Of a stretch of DNA of 64,000 nt, positions 56,397 through 64,000 are shown piece by piece. Each line of letters opens with the position of its first letter. Position 1 is the first letter of the stretch. Source of the stretch: Acidobacteriota bacterium (GTDB taxonomy: Bacteria; Acidobacteriota; UBA6911; RPQK01; JAJDTT01); NCBI GenBank assembly GCA_965209055.1, contig OZ242374.1:4576001-4640000 (forward strand). The letters are read 5' to 3'. The notes under the pieces are model-generated. The model was not told where the DNA came from. It saw nothing but the letters and a program-made list of their open reading frames with translations, and searched no databases. The position numbers were made by a program, and so were the translations under genes.

Positions 56397-57803
56397 TTAT
56401 TCTTGAATTCGGCTGAAGGTAAAGGTTCCCAGGGGGGCCGCCGTCCGGCCGTTTCCGAGGGGAAGTTCCGTGATCCTTCGAATCGGCCGCGGCGGAACTG
56501 TAGGTGCGTTGGCAGAGTTGAAGGTCACTCCGCTATCGGTCCCGGCATCGTAGGGCAAGAGTTCAAGGGTCCGTCCCTCGACCCAATCCCCCGATTCGAG
56601 AAGACTCAGGTCACGCACCCCCACGAACCAGTCGGGGCTGGGGGCGATCATGGAGACCAGCGTCACCAGCGGAAAGTCCCGGCTGATCTCGAATTCCAAG
56701 GAGACCAATCCAGGTGACCTGCCGATACCGCCGCCCCGGATGACGCGTTCGGCGGTTCCGGCCCGGATGGCGGCCCGGACTTCATTCGCCAGAATACTCT
56801 GTCCGCCGGTCTCGGCCATGCTCTTGATCCCCGGAGTTGCGTTCTGTCCGGTCTCCCAAAATTTAACCTGGTCGTTGTGAGTCCCTCCGATCAGTCCCGA
56901 GAAATGAGGCCCGGACGGGAAGTGGTTCGGATGGGTGGTGGCGCTCCAGGTGGCGTTGAAGAGAACCCGGTACCGCGCCGTGGCCGAAATTGCGGGTTTT
57001 TCGGGCGGCGTGCCGGGGAGGATTGCGGCCGGGACTCCGGTCAGATGAAACCGTCCTCCCTCCAGCAGCCGCTGTCGCAGCGCCACCAGGTGAAACGGGT
57101 CGTGCGATTCGCAGAGAATCGAACCGATGAACTCCCCTTGACCCGCGTGATCGGGAAAAAACTCGCTGGCGAACCGGGCGCCCTCCGCCTCCACCGGAAT
57201 CGTGTCCAGCGACTCGCCATCTTCATCGAACAGCGTCATTTGGAACGGCTCCGGCTCATCTCCGGCAGTCCCCGCGTCGCGGGGGCGGCGAAAGGCGATG
57301 CCGGTGTCGGTCGACGTCGACGGAGACACTTCGACCGGGATGCTCACACGGTGGGCCGCGGGTGACGCCGCCACCCCCACCATGTCCACCAACTCGTCCT
57401 CCAGCCAATATTCGAGGAAGAAGGTCACGGCCAGATCGGTTGCTGATGAACCGTTCCCGCCCTCGATCTGGAATACGCCGGACCAGATGGGCGACCCGGA
57501 CGGAGCCGCCAGGACGTGGCGCATGGTGGCTTGGGGCTCCAGGATCAACGGAGCCCCATCGCTGCCGGTGCGATCGACCCCGTTGTGCATCCAGGTCCGG
57601 CCCGACCCGGAACCGAAATCGGGCAGCCGCATCGAGCCCTCCCACGGCTGGTCCGTGGGATTGGTGGTCAAAACCACGACCTGGAAACCTCCGCCCAACA
57701 CCAGATGGGGATAGACCACCGGTTCGGAATCTTGCGCCCAGGTGGGGGTTCCGAAAACCAGAAGGACCACGGGGAGGATCCTTTTGGCCAGAGGAGTGAT
57801 CAT
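56397..57803 (-). CDS. Secreted spondin (Spondin_N) domain protein with an uncharacterised N-terminal module
   Basis: Signal peptide ending TWAQ, ARYRVLFNATWS..THP, PHFSGLIG, MAETG, VTLVSMIAPSPDWFVG, PYDAGTDSG. Confidence 0.88.
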   Translation of the reverse strand: MITPLAKRILPVVLLVFGTPTWAQDSEPVVYPHLVLGGGFQVVVLTTNPTDQPWEGSMRLPDFGSGSGRTWMHNGVDRTGSDGAPLILEPQATMRHVLAAPSGSPIWSGVFQIEGGNGSSATDLAVTFFLEYWLEDELVDMVGVAASPAAHRVSIPVEVSPSTSTDTGIAFRRPRDAGTAGDEPEPFQMTLFDEDGESLDTIPVEAEGARFASEFFPDHAGQGEFIGSILCESHDPFHLVALRQRLLEGGRFHLTGVPAAILPGTPPEKPAISATARYRVLFNATWSATTHPNHFPSGPHFSGLIGGTHNDQVKFWETGQNATPGIKSMAETGGQSILANEVRAAIRAGTAERVIRGGGIGRSPGLVSLEFEISRDFPLVTLVSMIAPSPDWFVGVRDLSLLESGDWVEGRTLELLPYDAGTDSGVTFNSANAPTVPPRPIRRITELPLGNGRTAAPLGTFTFSRIQE

Positions 57804-57924
57804 GACGTGCGCAAGCTCACGAGATGCATATCGCATACAAATAAATATTACTCAAAAACTCGTCCTCAGGGTGGAACCCCGCCAAGAGAGGGCCGGGTTC
57901 CCGCCTCGTCGAGTGAAATCCCGT

Positions 57925-59115
57925 CTATCCCTCCAGATTCAGTGCTTCGATGGTCCAGGTGATGAGACGTCCCCGCTTGTCGAAGGAAAATCGCTCCCCC
58001 AGGTTCCCGGTAGTGAAGACGAAGCCGTCGAACCCGGCGAGACGAGCCAATCCCTCAAGTTGCTCCCCGTCCGGTTCCCTCCGGTTCAGATCGACTCCCG
58101 CCCCCAGGTGAAGACGGCACCCCGCCCGGCGGCAGACCGGACCGTAGACCCGGGCCAGATCCTGTTCCAGAGGATTCAGTCCGATCCCGTCCTCGCCGTT
58201 CGTCAGGTACCCATAGCCGGAAAGCCCCTCCGTCAACTGCCGCCCGCTGATGACGTTCACCACCAATTCGTCCACCAGCCCGTCCCGGACCCACTTCTGC
58301 CAATTCAGGTGCAAATTGCCATACGGGGGACCCAGATAACTTCCCCGCGGGATGGCCAGTGAGAGCCGCCGTCCGGCGGGATGGAGCAGATCCTTTACTT
58401 CCGACAGGAATCGGCTCAGCGACTCGCCCCGCAGCCTCCGCCAGGATTCCAGATCGAAGTCGCTTTGGAGGATGTCCACACCATACCGCCGCCGGTATTC
58501 CTCCACGACCGGGCGATTGAAGCCGAACTGGTCGCCGTAGGCCGCCGGCAGCACGTAGGAACGGGTGCAGAGATGGAGCCCGTCGGCCGGAGCTTCCGCC
58601 AACAGATCGCGGAGCATCTCGAGACGGTACCGGCGCACCTCCGGGTAGGAGTAGCAGAGCACTCCCCAGTGGCGCTCCTTTCCGGAGCGGTCTACCTCGA
58701 CAAACTCGGGATGGGTTGCGGAAAAACGGCTCTGATACGGGTATGGCGTCCCCCGGGGACGGTAGAGCAGATCCCGGGGAAGTCCCTCATCCAGGAAGGG
58801 GAAATAGAGGTAGGCCTGCGCTCCCGCCGCATGAGTCACCTCGACGAAATCGGTCACGTCCCGGATCCGGGAAGCAGCCAGTCCCTCCCAGAAGCGGGAC
58901 CAACCCCGGGAAACCTCCGGGTCGTCCGTGCGCTGGTTGCAGTACCGCTGAATGAACCAGTGGTCCACGCGCCAGTAGAACCGGCGGACCCCGAAGCGCT
59001 CCCTCCAATAGGCGACTGCCGCAGCCAACCGCTCCCGGCTGTCCAGGCGGGCCTCCCCCTGCCCGTACTCCAGATGGTCCGGCCAATGCACGCGAAATAT
59101 GATTTCCTTCGGCAT
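57925..59115 (-). CDS. GHL10-like TIM-barrel protein (shorter paralog)
   Basis: Coding-like only from MPKEIIF onward. HPEFVEVDRSG, LCYSYPEVRRYRL, ADGLHL, FGFNRPVVEEYRRRYGVD, WQKWVRDGLVDEL. Confidence 0.7.
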   Translation of the reverse strand: MPKEIIFRVHWPDHLEYGQGEARLDSRERLAAAVAYWRERFGVRRFYWRVDHWFIQRYCNQRTDDPEVSRGWSRFWEGLAASRIRDVTDFVEVTHAAGAQAYLYFPFLDEGLPRDLLYRPRGTPYPYQSRFSATHPEFVEVDRSGKERHWGVLCYSYPEVRRYRLEMLRDLLAEAPADGLHLCTRSYVLPAAYGDQFGFNRPVVEEYRRRYGVDILQSDFDLESWRRLRGESLSRFLSEVKDLLHPAGRRLSLAIPRGSYLGPPYGNLHLNWQKWVRDGLVDELVVNVISGRQLTEGLSGYGYLTNGEDGIGLNPLEQDLARVYGPVCRRAGCRLHLGAGVDLNRREPDGEQLEGLARLAGFDGFVFTTGNLGERFSFDKRGRLITWTIEALNLEG

Positions 59116-59180
59116 ACGCGCTGTGATGGAAAGGAGCGTTGGATCCAGCCAGTGTTTATTGGCGTCCGGCGAGACAAACG

Positions 59181-60965
59181 TTACTCCGCAATAAACGTCA
59201 TCTCCCAATCTCCGATCTTCTTGAGCCGGCTGCCGGACATTCGGATGGGAGGCTCTCCCGATTCGACCCAGGCCTCCAGTTCCTCGACATGACCCAGGCG
59301 CCTTAAATCGGGGAGCGAAGTGCCGTGGCCCCAGAAATAGGCCGAGTGGGCGTCGAACTCGGGACCCCAGACCTTGGCCGTATCCCAGAAGACCAGCGAC
59401 TCGACCCCCAGGGCATAGAGCTGGAGAGCCTTGCGCCGGTACTGCTCGGCATTCAGATGCCGGGGCATGATGTTGAACGTCACCGTGCACGACGTCCCGC
59501 GGGTCAGGTCCAGCCAGTAACGGACGTCGGCCGGATCCTCCCAGGCCAGTTCCCAACTGTAGAGACCCTCCGCCGAAGTGTAGGGAACGACGGTGTCCAC
59601 CAGGCCTTCCCGAATCCACCCTTCCACGTCCAGACCCCAGTAGAGGTTCTCGTCCCGCCGACCGAAGACCCAGACCGACAGCTTCTTGGATCGGCCCTGT
59701 TCCATGGCCACCTGATCCAGCATCCGTCTCAGGTCCCGGACGAATTCGGTCATCACGGCGGCCCGGTGGTTCAGCCAGCGCGGGTCCCTCTCCTCCAGTT
59801 GCCGGGGGTCCTGGCCGTATTTCTCCTGGAAGCTCTTCACCAAGGGTTCTTCGTACTCCACGTAGGGCGGGCGCCGATTGAACAGGGGACAGATTCCATC
59901 CACCGGATAGTTGGCCATCTCCCGAAACAGCGACACCAGGTAGCCGCGGGTCTCGGGATAGCTCAGGGAAATCCGCGGCGCCCGGCTGCCATCCCGCCGG
60001 ACCGCCCTCAACTCGGGATATTTCTCGTAGAAACCTCCCTGGTTCATCTCCTCGAAGGGCGGAGAGAAATGAAACGGACCCATCCCCTCGGCGAACCGGT
60101 AGGAAGCGTGAAACTCCATCCCCAGCTCGTGGGCGTGGTCCACTGCGATTCGGAGCGGGTCGATCCCCTTCTCGACGTACTCGGTCCAGTTTTCCACGAG
60201 TCGCCGATATTCGAAGAGGGAGTAGTCGTCGATCTGCAGGTGGCGGGTGGTGCACATGCGGCCGATCCGGGTGAAATACGCGCAGAGGTCCCCGGCTCCC
60301 GCTTCCCAGTAGATGCTGCCGAAGTCGGTGTCCCGGTAGCTCTCCAGCAGATCCCGGACCGTGCCGGGCTCGCTGTCGACCACGATTCCCGTCCCCACGT
60401 CCTGGGTGGCCACGAGGCGTTTCCGGTCCGTCCGCCTGCGGTCGGCCTGCAGAGTCTCGACCTCCTCCGTTTCCAATGGCACCAGCTTGATGTAGGCGAT
60501 CCAGACGTTCTCGCTGGTGCTCCGGCCCGTTTCCCCCGCCGGGACCTGCTCCCGGCAGAGCTGCTTGAAGCGGATTCCCTGACCGGTCAGGTCTGCCGCC
60601 TTCCAGTAGACGTCCCGGACCGCCTGTCCGCTCTCCATGGCGGGAGCCGGAAGAAAGACCAGGGAAAACGCCGGGTCATCGTCCAGCCGGGTCCACACCC
60701 GCTGTCCCCGAAAAGGCCGAAACGGCGTGTTGTACAACCCGATGTAGATGTCGTGCCAGCCTCGGACCTCGAGGGGGTACCGCACTTCCGCCGCCGCCGT
60801 CTCGGGACCCGCCCGCAGGAAGACACCTCGGAAATGCTCCGCCTCGTAGTCGATCAGCCGCCAGCACGCCCGCTTGCCGACTCGGCTCAGGGACGAATCG
60901 GGCCGGCACCGGTTCAGATCGGTGAAGTAAATGGGGTCGTTTTTCCTTGCGGGTCCAGCGGGCAT
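59181..60965 (-). CDS. Uncharacterised GHL10-like TIM-barrel protein; paralog of 1578-3371
   Basis: AAGGAG RBS, YPLEVRGWHDIYIGL, WIAYIKLVPL, YRDTDFGSIYW, AHELGMEFHASYR, YPVDG, WIREGLVDTVVPYTSA. Confidence 0.72.
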   Translation of the reverse strand: MPAGPARKNDPIYFTDLNRCRPDSSLSRVGKRACWRLIDYEAEHFRGVFLRAGPETAAAEVRYPLEVRGWHDIYIGLYNTPFRPFRGQRVWTRLDDDPAFSLVFLPAPAMESGQAVRDVYWKAADLTGQGIRFKQLCREQVPAGETGRSTSENVWIAYIKLVPLETEEVETLQADRRRTDRKRLVATQDVGTGIVVDSEPGTVRDLLESYRDTDFGSIYWEAGAGDLCAYFTRIGRMCTTRHLQIDDYSLFEYRRLVENWTEYVEKGIDPLRIAVDHAHELGMEFHASYRFAEGMGPFHFSPPFEEMNQGGFYEKYPELRAVRRDGSRAPRISLSYPETRGYLVSLFREMANYPVDGICPLFNRRPPYVEYEEPLVKSFQEKYGQDPRQLEERDPRWLNHRAAVMTEFVRDLRRMLDQVAMEQGRSKKLSVWVFGRRDENLYWGLDVEGWIREGLVDTVVPYTSAEGLYSWELAWEDPADVRYWLDLTRGTSCTVTFNIMPRHLNAEQYRRKALQLYALGVESLVFWDTAKVWGPEFDAHSAYFWGHGTSLPDLRRLGHVEELEAWVESGEPPIRMSGSRLKKIGDWEMTFIAE

Positions 60966-61143
60966 TTAGGGATTCTCCTTGACGGTCGAGTCCGGAAACG
61001 ATTCCAGGTGAAAATTAAATGAACGCTTATGGTAATGGTGTCGTCAATAAATCAAGAGGCTTGAGCTTGCCACAACGACTCTTCCAGCTCAGTCGACGCC
61101 TTCGTCACGGATGTCCGATTCCCGCGCACACGGAGGATGTGGG

Positions 61144-62832
61144 ATGAACCTGCCCAACGGACGAACCTTCATTTCAGCTACTGCGGCTGCGGCAATGATC
61201 CTGGCGTCCTCGCCGATCCATGGCGCCACTCCAGTCCTGGACGCCATGAAGGAAGAGCTTCAACGCTCGGTCAAGCTCCTATCCCAACAACCGACTCCTG
61301 TCTACTACCTCAGCTTCGAAGTCACTGAAGACCGGAGAGCGATGCTGAGAGCCTCCTTCGGAAACGTCGCCGGCAACTTCGAGAACACGCGGCGCCTGCT
61401 GGACATCGATCTCCGTGTCGGTAGCCCTGATCTGGACAATACACACCTCATCCGCGGCGACTTCTTTGCCAACATGCCCGATTTTTCCATGGTTGAGGTG
61501 CCATTGGAGGACCTGGACGCGCTTCGGAACATCCTTTGGTACGAGACGGACAAGAAATACAAGAAAGCCCGCGAGCAGTTGACCAAGGTCAAGGCCAATG
61601 TACAGGTCAAAGTGAAAGAGGAGGATCAAGCGGGAGATTTCTCGGCGGAGTCGCCTGAAAGTTGGGCCGAAGACCCTGCATCCGTGACCATCGATCAGGC
61701 ATTGTGGGAAGAAAAGCTCCGCAGGTACACGGCCCCCTTTTCAGGTTCCGGCCACATCTACTCGGCCGACGCAACCCTTTCGGCCAACGCCGAGACCCGC
61801 TGGTACGTGAACAGCGAAGGATCCCGGATCCGGACCTCGCAGACCTACTATCGACTGATGATCTCGGCCATCACCAAAGCCGAGGATGGGATGGAGCTGC
61901 CCCGATACGAATCGTTTTTCTCCTTCACCCCCGACGGGCTCCCGGACGACAGCGCCGTGCTCAGCGCTGTGGATGACATGATCCGCGATCTCGAAGCGCT
62001 CAAAGCGGCCCCCGTCGTCGCTCCCTATACCGGCCCCGCCATCCTGTCGGGCCGGGCCAGCGCCGTGTTCTTTCACGAGATCCTGGGCCATCGGGTGGAA
62101 GGACACCGGCACAAGGAAGAAGACGACGCCCAGACCTTCAAGGAAATGGTGAATCAGAAGGTTCTGCCCGAGACCTTTTCGGTCATCTTCGATCCGACGG
62201 TCAAGCGAATTGAATCGACGGATCTGGTCGGCTCCTACCGCTACGACAATCAGGGAGTGAAGTCTCGGCGAGTTCCGGTCATCGAGAACGGGATTCTGAA
62301 GCGATTCCTCATGTCCCGAAAACCGGTCGAGGGCTTCTCGAAATCGAACGGCCACGGCCGCAAACAGGCGGGATTGCCTCCGGTCGCGCGTCAATCGAAT
62401 CTGTTCGTTGAGGTGACCGAGTCCCATACGCGCGAAGAGCTCAAGGCCCGATTGATCGACTTGATCAAGGAGTCTGACAAACCGTTCGGACTCTACTTCG
62501 AAGACGTCCAGGGCGGTTTCACTTTCACGGGAAGAATGATTCCCAACGCCTTCAACGTCCTGCCGATCATGGTCTACCGGATTTTTCCCGACGGACGCGA
62601 GGAGTTGGTTCGCGGCGTCGACCTGATCGGCACGCCGCTGACGACCTTCAGCAAGATCGCCGCTGCGGACAACCAGCTTGAGGCCTTCAACGGAATCTGT
62701 GGAGCAGAGTCGGGCGGCGTGCCTGTGGCCGGCATCTCACCCGCGGTTCTGGTCTCCCAGATCGAGGTGCAAAAGAAGGAGAAATCTCAGGAGCGAACTC
62801 CTATTCTCCCCGCCCCCGTGGACTTGAGATAG
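61144..62832 (+). CDS. TldD-like metallopeptidase with a signal peptide
   Basis: GGAGG RBS, signal-like N-terminus, FFHEILGHRVEGH (HExxxH), SNGHGR, RQSNL, GICGAESGGVP (Cys ligand). Confidence 0.88.
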   Translation: MNLPNGRTFISATAAAAMILASSPIHGATPVLDAMKEELQRSVKLLSQQPTPVYYLSFEVTEDRRAMLRASFGNVAGNFENTRRLLDIDLRVGSPDLDNTHLIRGDFFANMPDFSMVEVPLEDLDALRNILWYETDKKYKKAREQLTKVKANVQVKVKEEDQAGDFSAESPESWAEDPASVTIDQALWEEKLRRYTAPFSGSGHIYSADATLSANAETRWYVNSEGSRIRTSQTYYRLMISAITKAEDGMELPRYESFFSFTPDGLPDDSAVLSAVDDMIRDLEALKAAPVVAPYTGPAILSGRASAVFFHEILGHRVEGHRHKEEDDAQTFKEMVNQKVLPETFSVIFDPTVKRIESTDLVGSYRYDNQGVKSRRVPVIENGILKRFLMSRKPVEGFSKSNGHGRKQAGLPPVARQSNLFVEVTESHTREELKARLIDLIKESDKPFGLYFEDVQGGFTFTGRMIPNAFNVLPIMVYRIFPDGREELVRGVDLIGTPLTTFSKIAAADNQLEAFNGICGAESGGVPVAGISPAVLVSQIEVQKKEKSQERTPILPAPVDLR

Positions 62833-62933
62833 CCGCCGGAGCGGCAACGAGGAGCGCAGCGAAAATGAAAACCTCGACAAAAGGATGCACCGATCGAAAT
62901 GTGGATCTCCCCTGCCATCCAAGAAGAGTCCCC

Positions 62934-64000
62934 ATGAAATTCGGCCGCCTCCAAATACTCGCGTTCATTTTCTTTTTGGCCTGTCCGTCGCTCCTGGCAC
63001 AGGAAAGCGTCCTGATGAAGGCGTTGCGAGACGAGCTCGGACGGACAATGGAGAAGCTTCAATTGGAGGATATGGAGAGGCCCTATTTCGTCGCCTACTG
63101 GGTTCAGGAGACGAATAGTCTGCGGATCGAAGCCAGTCTGGGTGGACTGCTCGGCAACAGAAAGGCCTCCAACCGTTATCTGTCCGTCCAGTTGAGGGTC
63201 GGTGATCATAGCTTCGACAACACCAACTTTCTCGATACCGCAGGGTTCCGATCCCGAGTCATCCGGGCTGGAGGCCCCACCTACCTGCCTCTCGAAGACG
63301 ACTACGGCGAACTGAGACGGCAGATATGGCTCGCTACCGACGGCGCCTACAAGCAGGCGGTTCAACGCCTCGCCAGGAAGCGCGCGGTTCTTCAGAACAA
63401 GACTCGGGTTGAAGAGGTGGACGACTTCAGTCGGGAGGAACCGGTTGAGTTCAGGGACTCGCGTCCCGCGGTGAAACTGGCCGAGCCCGCCCAGGTGGAG
63501 GCGGCGGTCAAGGAGCTGTCGTCTCTTTTCAAGGAAGCGCCCCACGTCTTTGCTTCGAACGTACGGGCCGAACTCCTCAATACCATGACATATTTCGTCA
63601 ACAGCGAGGGGTCCTCGTATATCAAGAGCGAGCCTTCGGTCTCGATTCGCGTTCTGGCGGAGACCCAGGCCTCAGACGGAGCGGAACTGGCAGACTTCGT
63701 GGTTGCCTACGGACGTTCCTGGGAAGATCTTCCCCGCCGTGCGGAGTTGGAGAAGAAAATCCGGGAGATGGCCACTCACCTGGGCCGTTTGCGGGATGCG
63801 GAGACCGTCGACCTCTACAGTGGGCCGGTCCTGTTCGAAGGGCAGGCGGCGGCCGAACTGGTGAACCAGGGTCTGGTGCCCAAGCTTCTGGCTCAGAGAA
63901 CTCCCATGCTGGACGATCCCAGACGGGAACAGTTCTTCCAACTGGCCCGGAATCCCTTCCAGGACAAGCTGGGCGCCCGCGTTCTCCCTCGATTTCTCTC
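62934..64000 (+). CDS. TldE/PmbA-like partner with a signal peptide (3'-partial)
   Basis: Manual translation: MKFGRLQILAFIFFLACPSLLAQESVLMKALRDEL..., LRVGD..FDNTNF, IWLATDGAYK, FVNSEGS, YSGPVLFEGQAAAEL. No HExxxH at the equivalent position. Confidence 0.85.
   Translation, partial: MKFGRLQILAFIFFLACPSLLAQESVLMKALRDELGRTMEKLQLEDMERPYFVAYWVQETNSLRIEASLGGLLGNRKASNRYLSVQLRVGDHSFDNTNFLDTAGFRSRVIRAGGPTYLPLEDDYGELRRQIWLATDGAYKQAVQRLARKRAVLQNKTRVEEVDDFSREEPVEFRDSRPAVKLAEPAQVEAAVKELSSLFKEAPHVFASNVRAELLNTMTYFVNSEGSSYIKSEPSVSIRVLAETQASDGAELADFVVAYGRSWEDLPRRAELEKKIREMATHLGRLRDAETVDLYSGPVLFEGQAAAELVNQGLVPKLLAQRTPMLDDPRREQFFQLARNPFQDKLGARVLPRFL

Noticed and set aside
59116-60255. N-terminal half of the 776-aa ORF 57925-60255
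   Set aside because: It overlaps gene 59181-60965 in another frame and is Arg/Gly/Pro-rich junk. The real gene probably starts at 59115.

Overview
GC-rich (about 65% by eye), gene-dense bacterial chromosome segment with about 42 CDS. I found no rRNA, tRNA, CRISPR array or transposase. The gene content points to Acidobacteriota, plausibly a marine or sponge-associated lineage (inference): GWxTD protein, Oar-type TonB-dependent receptor, two CRTAC1/ASPIC-UnbV proteins, TPR proteins, a PSD1(DUF1549/1553)+DUF1501 pair, a PhyH dioxygenase and a spondin domain. The region is mostly periplasmic and catabolic and holds three expanded paralog families: four GH-like beta-propellers, three GHL10-like TIM barrels and two CehA/McbA metallohydrolases. 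The most notable items are: (1) a TonB receptor / TPR / CRTAC1 / heptaheme cytochrome / Moco oxidase / symporter / aminotransferase / aldolase cluster (22.6-41.4 kb); (2) a 166-nt rod-like hairpin bounded by TTAA, with strand-specific G-U pairs and a competing helix (5579-5763); (3) a REP-like palindrome family that supplies two stop codons and sits in frame inside a signal peptide; (4) an MNT-HEPN pair whose toxin has a stop exactly at the conserved Tyr; (5) an unnamed ~230-aa module shared by a mosaic serine protease and a spondin protein; (6) a TldD/TldE-like pair with signal peptides. All product calls come from motifs recognised by eye, with no database search.
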